Source of the DNA: Candidatus Eiseniibacteriota bacterium
GTDB taxonomy: Bacteria > Eisenbacteria > RBG-16-71-46 > CAZAMP01
Reading direction: 5' to 3'
Length of the DNA: 64,000 nucleotides
Assembly: GCA_965224245.1 (NCBI GenBank)
Contig: OZ245046.1
Span: forward strand, 672,001-736,000
Shown: positions 1 through 9,528 of the stretch, in pieces
Numbering within the stretch: the stretch's first letter is position 1
Layout: each line of letters opens with the position of its first letter
Notes under the pieces: generated by a model
Seen by the model: the letters and a program-made list of their open reading frames with translations, nothing else
Told to the model about the DNA's origin: nothing
Databases searched by the model: none
Made by a program: the position numbers and the translations under genes

Positions 1-1
1 G

Positions 2-1522
2 TGGGCCGGGCTCACGTTCGCCGTACACCCGGTTCACGCGGACGTCGTCACGCCCATCGTGCACCGCAAGGAGATGCTCGCGCTGATGTTCGGTCTCGCC
101 GCGACTGTCGCCTGGCGACGGAGCGGTCGGTCGGTTCTCGCCGGCGTGCTGGCGGTGACTGCGTTCGTCGTGGCCCTTCTGTCCAAGGAGGTGTCGATCG
201 TGGCGCTGCCGGTGCTGCTTCTCGCGTCGATGCACCAGCGGGTGTGGAGTGACGGCATGAACGCGGCCAGGTGGCCGGTCCTCACGATGCTCGGCCTGAG
301 CGTTGCGGGTGCCGCATTCGTTCTCTCGACGATTCCCGATCCCTTCGCGCGAGCGTCCATCGCCGAGCTCCACGGGTGGCAGATCGATGCCTACGGAGAC
401 GTCGTTCGCAACGTCGCCGCGGGATGGGCTCGCGCGATCGGGCTCTGGCTCGGCGACCCCGCCATCGTCGCCGAGCCACCGCTCATTCGCGCGACGGGTC
501 TCGGCTCGGGGACGGTCACGTTCGGTGCGTTCGCCCTGATCGTCGTGACCGCGATCGTCGCGTTCACGTGGCGCCGGCGGCCCATCGTCTCGTTCGGGCT
601 CCTGTGGACCGCGGGCATGCTCGTCCCGACGTCCAACCTCGTCCCCCTCTCGCACTTCTACCTTCCCGCGCGCTATCTGTACGCGGCGTCGTTCGGGGTG
701 TGTCTCCTCGTGGGATACGGCGTGGGCGCCGCCCTCAGTGCACGGGCGGTCCGCGCGCGGCGATCCGCGCGCGCTGCGGTCGGCTTCGCCGCTGCTCTCG
801 TCTGTGGTGCGCTCGCGATGGCCGCGATGGGGCGGTCGGGGGACTGGACGTCCGACGAGGCGATCTGGCGCACGGCCCGGGAGCGGGGCGCCGCGAGCCT
901 TCGCGCCCATCAGGGGCTCGCGCGTCTGGCGGTCGCGGACCGCGACTACGCCGGCGCCGCCGAGGAGCTCACGCGCGCGGCCGAGCTCGTGCCCCTCGAT
1001 GACCCGTCGGTGTCCGGTGGCTACGACGGTGGCGTGCATCGAGACCTGGGCTGGGCGCTCCATCTCGCCGGCCGTGTCGACGAGGCGGGCACGGTCGGAG
1101 AGAGCCTGGCGGTCTACTTCCCGGACGACGTGTCGGCACGGCTGCTCGCGTCCCGCGCGGCCATGGCCCGCGAGAACGATGCCATCGCGCGACGACATCT
1201 GGAGCGGCTGGACACGCTGCGTCCCGATGAGCCTCGCACGCTCTCCACGCTGGCGCTGCTGCTCGCCACCTCCCGGGACGAGTCGATCCGGGATCTCGAG
1301 GCCGCGTGGAGCCTGGCCCGGCGCGCCGTCGCCCGCCGCGAGGATGCCGCCGGGCTTCGCGTGATGGGAGTGGTCGCGAGCCACCGTGGCGCGTTCGAGG
1401 ATGCCGTCGCGCTGGCCGAGCGCGCGCGCACCCTGGCCCGCGCGCCGGGCGACACGACCCTCCGCCGGATCCTGGACGAGGACGTGCGCCGCTATCGCGA
1501 GGGCGTGGCCGGCACGCGTTGA
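2..1522 (+). CDS. TMTC-like membrane glycosyltransferase (O-mannosyltransferase-like) with C-terminal TPRs; 5'-partial
   Basis: Frame is open from base 2 (WAGLTFAVHPVHADVVTPIVHRKE). FAVHPVH, LLSKE, ARYLY..SFG and W.S...IW motifs, multiple TM helices, then TPR-like helices. Confidence 0.7.
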   Translation, partial: WAGLTFAVHPVHADVVTPIVHRKEMLALMFGLAATVAWRRSGRSVLAGVLAVTAFVVALLSKEVSIVALPVLLLASMHQRVWSDGMNAARWPVLTMLGLSVAGAAFVLSTIPDPFARASIAELHGWQIDAYGDVVRNVAAGWARAIGLWLGDPAIVAEPPLIRATGLGSGTVTFGAFALIVVTAIVAFTWRRRPIVSFGLLWTAGMLVPTSNLVPLSHFYLPARYLYAASFGVCLLVGYGVGAALSARAVRARRSARAAVGFAAALVCGALAMAAMGRSGDWTSDEAIWRTARERGAASLRAHQGLARLAVADRDYAGAAEELTRAAELVPLDDPSVSGGYDGGVHRDLGWALHLAGRVDEAGTVGESLAVYFPDDVSARLLASRAAMARENDAIARRHLERLDTLRPDEPRTLSTLALLLATSRDESIRDLEAAWSLARRAVARREDAAGLRVMGVVASHRGAFEDAVALAERARTLARAPGDTTLRRILDEDVRRYREGVAGTR

Positions 1523-1540
1523 GAGCCCCACGCCGAGGTT

Positions 1541-4500
1541 TCAGCTCCGCGTCAGCTCCATCGGCACGTCGACGAACAGAACGTCGAGCGGCGATTCTCC
1601 CCGTCTCGCGCGCTCGAGGCTGTCCGAGATTCGCTGCCGCCACTTCCGTCCGAGTGCGCACTCGACGTCGGATGCGGTCTCCAGCGTCGAGATGCCACGC
1701 TCGTGATCACCGCGGGCGTAGTGACAGAGACCGGCGAAGTACCGGTTGACCATCTGGGTCAGGGGTCGATCGTCGTCGGCGAGAACCCGTTCGACCAGCT
1801 CCAGCGCGGCGTCCCATTTGCCGCGGCGCATCTGGATCGCGGCCAGCGTGTTCCGGTAGGTCGGGTCGTCCGCGCTGAGGATAAGCGCCGTCTCCATGAG
1901 CTCCTCGGCGCGGTCGAGATCCCGACCGCACAACGCCAGCGACCAGGCGAGATTGTTGCACGAGGTGGGATTGGTGGGATCGCGCTCGTACACGTCCTCC
2001 AGGGTCGGGATCGTGGCGGCGACGTCACCACATGCCCAGTCGTACCCAACGCGATGCTGCTCGAGCTCGTCGGGGTCACCCTTCAGGCTCGCGAAACGCG
2101 ACAGATCCTCCTCGAGCCGATCGCACTCGTTGCGGCGCGAGTGGCCGCCGATGCGCGCCCGGACGATCGTCAGGCTGTCCGTCTCGGGGTGCAGCGCGAA
2201 GATGCGACGCTCCAGGCGCACGGCATCCTCGTGACGCCCGGCGGCACAGAACGCGTCGACGAGCGCGAGCTGGGACTCCCTCGATCCATACTGCCGATCG
2301 ATCTGCTCCAGGATCTCGATCTCACCGTCGACGTCCCCGAGCTCCTGTTTGATGCCGAGTCTGAGCTGCAGAACCAGCAGGTCCGATGGCGCCCGCTCCC
2401 CGGCGGTGTCGGCCAGGGAGTCGGCCAGGAAGTGCCGGCCGTCGGCGAGCTCGATCGCCGCCAGGAGAAACAGCGGGTAGGGCCCGGCGCTCGTGTCGCC
2501 GGCGACGTCGGCCAGGAGGTCGTGCGCGAACGTGCGTCGCCGTTCTCCTTCCTCACCCGCGCCGCCGACGTCGTTTCCGAGGATCCGGGCGACGGCCTGG
2601 ATGACGAACCCGTGATCGTCGGGGTAGTCCTTCACGTACGCTCGGATGGAGTCGAACTCCGACTCGTCGGCCAGGTGGTTGTAGGAGTACGGCTGCACCA
2701 CACCCGCTCGAAACCGGAGCCAGTCTTTCCGGAACGTCCGGTATGCGTCGCCGTCCAGAAACACGCGGTCCATCGCGAAGTCCTGGGTCACCTCCACCCA
2801 CCGGTCGTCGCCGTCCGAGCGCGTACGTGCCCGGATCCGGCCCTCGTACCCCGGGCCGGCCACGCTCAGCGGCACGACCTCTTCGTCGGCTCGCCACCCG
2901 GCGCCGTGATGGAACCGGAGGGTCGCGTGACCGCGGTACGGATACGCGAGCTCGATGGCGACCCCGCGCTGGTCCACGTCGGGAAACGACAGAAACGGGT
3001 CGGCGACCTCGGTATCGTGCCGGAATGCGACCGTGTTCCGATCCGGTGCCCACGACGTGTCGACGAAGGTGCCTCGCAGCGTGACGTCCTCGCACTCGGA
3101 CTCCAGCATCGCCCAGTCGACCCGGCGGCAGGAGGACCAGAGGCCGTAGCCGAGCGCACGCGTGATGACGTAGTTCACGACGTTCGTGTCCGGATGCTCC
3201 ATGAGACCGTGAAGCTGTGCGGCGACGTCGCCGGTCAGCCGGTTCGAGACCTCGATTCGTGCCCGGCGAGCGGACTCCGGGAAGATGTCGACCTCGAGCT
3301 CCATGCCCGTCCGGTCCGGCTCCTGGAGCGGGATGTCCACGAGCGTTGCATCGTCGCCTCGCGGCAGCACGAGTCCCGTGACGCCGGTGTCTGCCGCCGG
3401 CAGGTAGTCGTAGCAGGGGATCCCGCTGGTCAGGTCGCAGAAGACCTCACGACCCGAGCCGACGTGGACCCGTACGATCACGTGGGTGAACTCGCCCGGC
3501 TCGGGCTGGTCCTCGTGGATCCGGACGTCGGGGCGCGGCGCCAGGAGAACCGGCTCGGCGTCCACGCCCACGGCCTCCAGGCACGCGAGCATCAGGACCA
3601 CCATGTCCTTGCAGTCGCCGTAGCCGCGTCGTGCCACCTCTCGCGCGGCCGTCGGCACGACCGATCCACGGTCGAGCGCGATGGAGAGATACTCGACCTC
3701 CGAGACGATGTGACGGAAGAGCGCAGCGACGATCTCACGCTCGCCGTGCGCGTCCGCGGTCACGCGCGTCGCCAGCTCGCGGATCTCGTCCGATGCCTCA
3801 ACCCGGCTCCAGAACGTGCGCGCATACTCCCGGACCGCGTCGGGCCACGACGCATAGGTGCTCGCGGCCACCCACGGGTAGCTCTCGATGAGGTTGCCCA
3901 CGTCGGTCGCCACCCAGAGCTCGGGCGCCTCGACTCGCCATCGGTGGAGTGCGTAGGTGCCGTCGGTCCACGTATCCGCCGGGGCCACGTCGTCGTGCGT
4001 CATGAGGTGCAGCGGGGAATCCCGCCTGACCCGCAGCTCGAGCACCTCTTCGAGGATCGGCGAGAACCCACCGAACAGGTGACGGACGGACCAGCCGCCG
4101 TCGAAGAAGCTCTCCTCGTGCTGATCGAAGACCAGGTCGAGCGAACACCCCACGGTGAGATCGGGGAAGGGGATGGTCAGCTCGCGCCAGTCGTCGATGT
4201 CGGCGTTGCCGACGCTCGACGACGAGACGTAGAAATCCGAGCGCGACACGTCGGTGATCCGCCCGTCGGGGTGGATCACGCGCGCGACACGGACGCGCGG
4301 CATGCTGCGTCCGGCCCGGAAGGCGATCCGCATGGGCTGCACGTCGACGAGGCCGTCTCGCGCCAGAACCTGGATCGTGGTGCGACGGCGGCTGGTGAGG
4401 CGCGACGGTCCGACGCTGGAGAGGCTCGCCTGCGACAGGAGGGTCCGGGTACCGTAGCCGGCCGAGACCGTATCCTCGGATGCCATCCGCTCCAGGATCC

Positions 4501-6466
4501 AGTCGACGTCATCGAGGTCGTGCTCGAAGGCATCGAAGACGTGGGCGAGTTCGTCGGTCTCCGTCGTCTCCGGAGATGGACCCGGGACCTGTCCGCCGGC
4601 CGACACCAGCATCGAGCGGTAGCGGGGCTCCCCGGGCAGCTCCTCGAGCAGGCCGCCCAGCATTGCCTGGGCCTCCGCGAGAGCCCCTCCACGGATGCGC
4701 TCCCCTGCGACCATCAGTCGTGCCCAGCGGGCTCGGGGATGGGCCTCGATCACGCGCTCGGCGATCCGTCGCATGGCGTCGGGGCGCTCGTACATCCCCG
4801 CGTACGCGTAGAGCACGGTGAGCGGGTCGACGTCCAGGTCGTCCTGGCGCTGGAGCCAGGTGTCGAGCCGCGCTTGGGCGGCCGCCGGGCTGTCGAACCG
4901 ATTGATGACGTCGAGCTCCAGCTGGATCAATACGGGGGTGCCGTCGCACCGCTCTCGCATCCGTGCCAGCATGTCGCGCGCGAAGGACTCGTCGTCGATC
5001 TCGAACGCGATCCGCGCGACGCTGTGCATCAGGAAGAGGTTGTTCGGCTCCAGCGCGAGGGCCCTCTCCGCCAGCGTCCGTGCACGTTCGCGTCGCTCGA
5101 GGGTGGCGGATCGGTATGCCGCGGAGACCACGTGCCACGGGTTGCCGGTCTGCAGGCGGTCGACGTCGTCGTATCGGCCACGGATCTCGGCCACCTCGAT
5201 CGCGCGCCGGGGGAACCGGTCGGCGCTCACGCCGGCCGCGGTCAACGAATCCAGCATGGCGGCGGCCTGATCGACGTCCTGCTCGATCAGGTCGTCCAGT
5301 CGCCGCTGGAGGGCCAGGGCTGGATTCTCACGACGGACGAGTGCGTCCACGGAATCCGCGCGCGCAGAGAGACCCAGAAATCGCAGGCACCGGCGCACCG
5401 ACTCGACGGCGGCGGAGTCGAGCGTGTGCTCGATCAGTGCGTTCGCCGACGCCCGCAACGTGTCGGGGTCGGCGTCGCCCTCCACCATGAAGTCGAGCTT
5501 CTGCCGGAGCACGTAGGTTGAGGTGACATCGAGATCCGCCGACATCGTCGAGCACAGTGCGTGGTAGCCGAGCCCCTTCAACGCGCCGACCTCCGCTGAT
5601 CGGGCGGCGTTCTGGAGGTCGGGGTGCTCGGCGACGACGTCGGCCAGCGACATGATCTCGTCGGCCGACAGTCGCGACGAGGCCTCGGCGAACAGGTCGT
5701 AGACGAGACGGTCGTCGCACGCCGGGCACTCGGCGAGGGATCGAGTCCAGGTGTCCCGGAACGCGCTCAGCTCGTCGGAAACCTGGTGGAGCTCCGCCAG
5801 GACGTCGAGCTCGCGCCGGAACTGCGCGTTCAGCGGGGTCGCATACCCGGCGTCGAGCGCCTCCCTGTACGTCTCCAGGGCGTCGCCGAGGTCTCGGGAC
5901 TTGGCCAGGTAGATCCCGGACTCGACCCACTCGCGGGCCACCACCGGATCCTGCTCGACGACGCGGAGATCCGCCTCCTGCTTCACCGGCTCGGACATGG
6001 CGAGCTCCCGGCGGAGACGAAGGCGGTAGAACCGGGGCCAGGCCCAGTCGGACCGCGCATCCACCGAGGCGTCGAACGCCGCCAGGGCGCTGATCAGCCT
6101 CCGCCGGTAGTACTCGGTCAGTCCCAGCATGAACGCGCGCCCCTCCGGCGTTCGGGCGACCTCGGGGACGTCGGACGGTGCGGAGCCAGAGGCGAGCCGG
6201 CGGGCCAGGTCCGGCAGTCCGAGCCCATCCCGGCGCGCCAGGACGACCTCGCGAAGCGTGTACCCGTCGACCGGATCGCGCTCGAGAATCCGATGCCGGA
6301 GCTCGAGCGCCCGATCCACGTCGTGCGTCCGGCGTGCCTCGGTGGCGGCGACTCGCTCGGAGTCGAGCGGGTCGGGCTCGTATGGCGGTAGCGAGATCGC
6401 GCTGCTCGCGCTCGCGAGTGCGAGCATGAGAGCAAAGAGACCGGCAGTCGGGGAGTGGATCGACAT
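1541..6466 (-). CDS. Large secreted TPR + DUF3857/transglutaminase-like protein
   Basis: Signal peptide from MSIHSPTAGLFALMLALA. Transglutaminase-like triad GDCKD / FTHVI / FCDLT, DUF3857-like region (ARVIHPDG..FPDLTVG), TPRs at both ends (NNLAWSLA). Confidence 0.8.
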   Translation of the reverse strand: MSIHSPTAGLFALMLALASASSAISLPPYEPDPLDSERVAATEARRTHDVDRALELRHRILERDPVDGYTLREVVLARRDGLGLPDLARRLASGSAPSDVPEVARTPEGRAFMLGLTEYYRRRLISALAAFDASVDARSDWAWPRFYRLRLRRELAMSEPVKQEADLRVVEQDPVVAREWVESGIYLAKSRDLGDALETYREALDAGYATPLNAQFRRELDVLAELHQVSDELSAFRDTWTRSLAECPACDDRLVYDLFAEASSRLSADEIMSLADVVAEHPDLQNAARSAEVGALKGLGYHALCSTMSADLDVTSTYVLRQKLDFMVEGDADPDTLRASANALIEHTLDSAAVESVRRCLRFLGLSARADSVDALVRRENPALALQRRLDDLIEQDVDQAAAMLDSLTAAGVSADRFPRRAIEVAEIRGRYDDVDRLQTGNPWHVVSAAYRSATLERRERARTLAERALALEPNNLFLMHSVARIAFEIDDESFARDMLARMRERCDGTPVLIQLELDVINRFDSPAAAQARLDTWLQRQDDLDVDPLTVLYAYAGMYERPDAMRRIAERVIEAHPRARWARLMVAGERIRGGALAEAQAMLGGLLEELPGEPRYRSMLVSAGGQVPGPSPETTETDELAHVFDAFEHDLDDVDWILERMASEDTVSAGYGTRTLLSQASLSSVGPSRLTSRRRTTIQVLARDGLVDVQPMRIAFRAGRSMPRVRVARVIHPDGRITDVSRSDFYVSSSSVGNADIDDWRELTIPFPDLTVGCSLDLVFDQHEESFFDGGWSVRHLFGGFSPILEEVLELRVRRDSPLHLMTHDDVAPADTWTDGTYALHRWRVEAPELWVATDVGNLIESYPWVAASTYASWPDAVREYARTFWSRVEASDEIRELATRVTADAHGEREIVAALFRHIVSEVEYLSIALDRGSVVPTAAREVARRGYGDCKDMVVLMLACLEAVGVDAEPVLLAPRPDVRIHEDQPEPGEFTHVIVRVHVGSGREVFCDLTSGIPCYDYLPAADTGVTGLVLPRGDDATLVDIPLQEPDRTGMELEVDIFPESARRARIEVSNRLTGDVAAQLHGLMEHPDTNVVNYVITRALGYGLWSSCRRVDWAMLESECEDVTLRGTFVDTSWAPDRNTVAFRHDTEVADPFLSFPDVDQRGVAIELAYPYRGHATLRFHHGAGWRADEEVVPLSVAGPGYEGRIRARTRSDGDDRWVEVTQDFAMDRVFLDGDAYRTFRKDWLRFRAGVVQPYSYNHLADESEFDSIRAYVKDYPDDHGFVIQAVARILGNDVGGAGEEGERRRTFAHDLLADVAGDTSAGPYPLFLLAAIELADGRHFLADSLADTAGERAPSDLLVLQLRLGIKQELGDVDGEIEILEQIDRQYGSRESQLALVDAFCAAGRHEDAVRLERRIFALHPETDSLTIVRARIGGHSRRNECDRLEEDLSRFASLKGDPDELEQHRVGYDWACGDVAATIPTLEDVYERDPTNPTSCNNLAWSLALCGRDLDRAEELMETALILSADDPTYRNTLAAIQMRRGKWDAALELVERVLADDDRPLTQMVNRYFAGLCHYARGDHERGISTLETASDVECALGRKWRQRISDSLERARRGESPLDVLFVDVPMELTRS

Positions 6467-6795
6467 GAGGTCGCCTTCGTTCGTCACGGACCGGCGACCG
6501 CCCCCGGGCCGATCGAGCCCGCGGGCAGCGGACGTCACGCGCACCCGGGTCGCAGCCGTGAGCTCCGCGATGCGGATTGATGGTGCCGAAGCGTCGATCG
6601 GATGGTACGTCCCCTGATTCTCGATTGGAAGGGAATAGCGCCGTCGGTCGGCTCGTCTGGGTGCGGTTCCCGCCGATGCATGCGCGCGAGGACCGGCGGG
6701 CCCGATGCGTCGAGCAGGAAAACGTCGCCGGGACACCAGTTCTCGGGCGTGGGACGTGTAGGGATGTCGACGAGACGTGAACCGAGGAGTGATCG

Positions 6796-6909
6796 ATGTC
6801 CAGCGCCATGTTGCTTCGATACCGGGCAGACGGACCTGCCACCCACGTACCGCTTCGCCTCGCGGCCCTGCTCGCCGTCCTGATCACGGCGGGATGCCTG
6901 CTGGGCTGA
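6796..6909 (+). CDS. Putative 37-aa small membrane peptide (not in the ORF track)
   Basis: GAGGAG 6 nt before the ATG. Translates to MSSAMLLRYRADGPATHVPLRLAALLAVLITAGCLLG*, with a hydrophobic C-terminal helix. Confidence 0.45.
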   Translation: MSSAMLLRYRADGPATHVPLRLAALLAVLITAGCLLG

Positions 6910-7024
6910 TCCTCGCGTATCATCGCGGACATCCGATCGCCGGAGCGAACCGGGCTCGTGCGACCGTCCCGACGCTCGTCGAAGCGCACCCATCCCGACG
7001 CTCCGCGCGGAGAGGAGGCCCGCA

Positions 7025-8230
7025 GTGCCCAGCAAGAGGTCCCATCCGCGATGGACTCCCACCGGGAGCGCCCCCTGGCGCCGCTGGGGCGACGATCTGG
7101 AGCCGGAGTCGATCCGCCAGATCGAGGACGCCTGCCGCCTGCCGATCTCCGTTCGTGGGGCGCTGATGCCCGACGCTCATCGGGGCTACGGGCTTCCGAT
7201 CGGCGGCGTCCTGGCCACCCGCGACGCGGTGATCCCGTACGCGGTCGGGGTGGACATCGCGTGTCGGGTGCGCATGTCGGTGCTCGACGTCGACCCGCTG
7301 GAGCTGGACCGACGGAGGTCGCGCTTCGAGTCGGCCATTCAGCGCGAGACACGATTCGGGATCGGGGCCGCGTTCGTGAAGCGACGTCGCCACGAGGTCC
7401 TCGACGACGACTGGGACGTGTCTCCGGTCACCTCGTCGCTCAAGGACCGGGCCTGGGCTCAGCTGGGGACCAGTGGAAGCGGCAACCACTTCGTCGAGTT
7501 CGGGGTCCTCGAGGTCGATCGCGACGACGTGCCGGGTCTCGGACCGGGGCGATACCTGGCCTTCCTCAGCCACTCCGGCAGTCGCGGCACCGGCGCGAAC
7601 GTCGCGTCCCACTACAGCAAGCTCGCCAAGCGCCTTCATCCGGAGCTCCCACGCGAGCTGCAGAACCTCGCGTGGCTGGATCTAGCGACCCACGAGGGAC
7701 AGGAGTACTGGAACGCGATGGAGCTGATGGGCCGATACGCGGCGGCGAACCATGCCTGCATCCACCGGTACGTCGCGCTCCGGCTCGGGGCGGAGGTCGT
7801 GTTCGATCTCGAGAATCACCACAACTTCGCGTGGCGCGAGATGCACGACGGAGAGCCTCTGATCGTGCACCGGAAGGGGGCGACGCCCGCGGGCGAGGGC
7901 GTGCTCGGGATCATCCCGGGCTCGATGGCCACGCCGACGTACGTCGTGCGCGGGCTCGGGAGCGACGCGTCGCTGTGCTCGGCCGCACACGGCGCGGGCC
8001 GCGTCATGAGTCGGACACAGGCCAAGAAGACGCTCCGCTGGAAGGACGCCGCGGCTCAGCTCGAGGCCGCCGGCGTCACGCTGATCTCGGCCGGGCTGGA
8101 CGAGGTGCCCGCCGTCTACAAGGACATCGACGCCGTGATGCGAGCCCAGTCCGATCTCGTGGAGCCCCTCGCGACGTTCCGTCCCCGGCTCGTCAAGATG
8201 GCGCCGGCGGGTGAGCGCCCCGAGGACTGA
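7025..8230 (+). CDS. rtcB: RtcB family RNA ligase
   Basis: MPDAH.GYGLPIGGV, VGVDIAC, GSGNHF, HSGSRG, HHNFA, HRKGAT, PGSM and HGAGR motifs. GAGGAGG RBS before the GTG. Confidence 0.95.
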   Translation: MPSKRSHPRWTPTGSAPWRRWGDDLEPESIRQIEDACRLPISVRGALMPDAHRGYGLPIGGVLATRDAVIPYAVGVDIACRVRMSVLDVDPLELDRRRSRFESAIQRETRFGIGAAFVKRRRHEVLDDDWDVSPVTSSLKDRAWAQLGTSGSGNHFVEFGVLEVDRDDVPGLGPGRYLAFLSHSGSRGTGANVASHYSKLAKRLHPELPRELQNLAWLDLATHEGQEYWNAMELMGRYAAANHACIHRYVALRLGAEVVFDLENHHNFAWREMHDGEPLIVHRKGATPAGEGVLGIIPGSMATPTYVVRGLGSDASLCSAAHGAGRVMSRTQAKKTLRWKDAAAQLEAAGVTLISAGLDEVPAVYKDIDAVMRAQSDLVEPLATFRPRLVKMAPAGERPED

Positions 8231-8348
8231 ACCTCGGTCCTGCCGGGCTCCCGGATTCCCGACGCCACCAGAACTCCGTCCCCCGGGCCGTATGCCGGAG
8301 AGACCCGCCGGCCACGTCACCCCGAGCGGCGGGGAAAGGAGACGCCCC

Positions 8349-9101
8349 GTGGACATCCTGTGCCGTGGACTCCGGGATCGGCGCCAGGCCGCCTCGGACG
8401 AGACGATCTCGGTCGCCGACAAGGCCATCTTCGCGGGAGGCTCCATCGCGCGTGCCCGCGGCGCCGTGGGGCTTCGGCGAACCGACCGCCCCGCGGAGCA
8501 GATCCGTGCCATCATCCTCCACCAGACCTGGGGACGGACCTTTCTCCCGGGCACGCGATCGGCGTACCCGCGCGATCGTGCCGGTGACGCGAACGTCCGG
8601 AGTCACCACGCCATCGACCGCGTCGCGGCCCATTTCGTCGTGTTGAACGACGGAACGATCTTCTACACCCACGACATCGAGTATGTAATCAACAGCGCGG
8701 GTCGACGGTACGGGATCGACATCGAGTTCGCGGGCCGGTTCACCCGCACCCGACGGCTGAGCGTGGCGGCGATCCGGTCGGGTCGCGAGCTCCTGCGCGT
8801 GCTCACGCGGCGGCTGCCGGAGATCACGCACGTGCATCCCCATGGGCAGGTCCAGCGCCGGGACGCTCAGGGGCTGTGCGGCGGTGCCACCGGGAACCGA
8901 TGCGACAAGCACGACACGTGTCCCGGCCCCGACGTGTGGGTGAACGTCGGCGAGTGGGCGGTTCGCTCCCTCGGGCTGACCGCCGACACTACGTTGCCCT
9001 ACTACCAGAACAACGGGATCAGCGACGCGCAGCGGGATCGATCCTTCGACCAGGACCTCGAGCTCTTTCTCGACGAGATCTACCCCATCGCGGCGCCGTG
9101 A
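8349..9101 (+). CDS. N-acetylmuramoyl-L-alanine amidase (Amidase_2 / PGRP-T7 lysozyme-like)
   Basis: ILHQT, AAHFVV..DG.I, GIDIEFAG, HPHGQV and TCPG motifs (His/His/Cys Zn ligands). AAGGAG before GTG 8349. No signal peptide. Confidence 0.75.
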   Translation: MDILCRGLRDRRQAASDETISVADKAIFAGGSIARARGAVGLRRTDRPAEQIRAIILHQTWGRTFLPGTRSAYPRDRAGDANVRSHHAIDRVAAHFVVLNDGTIFYTHDIEYVINSAGRRYGIDIEFAGRFTRTRRLSVAAIRSGRELLRVLTRRLPEITHVHPHGQVQRRDAQGLCGGATGNRCDKHDTCPGPDVWVNVGEWAVRSLGLTADTTLPYYQNNGISDAQRDRSFDQDLELFLDEIYPIAAP

Positions 9102-9528
9102 CGGCGCCACGCCGGGTGGGGAACGCCGCTCGATCTCGCGATCCGGTCAGCTTGACGCGTTCACGGCGCCGAGCACCTGCGCCCACTGGGCCTACATGCT
9201 GCTGGTGCGCGCGACACGGCATCGTCGGTGGTTTCAGCGATCTCGCGGTGGTATGCGGGCGACATGCGGCGCGCTGGCGAACCGGTCGTCCTGAGCGGTG
9301 CGGTCTCGGTTGTCGCGTCCGAGGCGGGCAATCGGATCTTTCTCGACGGAGGCTGAGCCCGAACGGCGAGCGCAGAGAGGTTGGACCTGGATCGGTACCC
9401 TGGGCGGGTGTGCGCGACGGCACCGGTCGCCTTCAAGCCGATGCTGCCAGATCTCCGCCATGATGCAGGTCAATCCGTTCGGATCACGTGGTAAGCTCGC
9501 ATGGCGTCGACTCTCGGGAGGTTGGCGA

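Noticed and set aside
1703-5521. Long antisense and alternative-frame ORFs (e.g. 1272 aa here; also 24673-26754, 37487-39640, 41929-44214, 61553-63469)
   Set aside because: Shadow ORFs of real genes in high-GC DNA. They are Arg/Gly/Val-rich with no motifs.
6467-7024. Possible tRNA or Y-RNA next to rtcB
   Set aside because: No cloverleaf or T-arm (GTTCRA) context seen; only a generic GC hairpin.
9102-9528. Long spacer with short ORFs (e.g. 9161-9436)
   Set aside because: No RBS-linked ORF with protein-like features and no recognisable RNA motif. It may be a decayed gene but I cannot support that.
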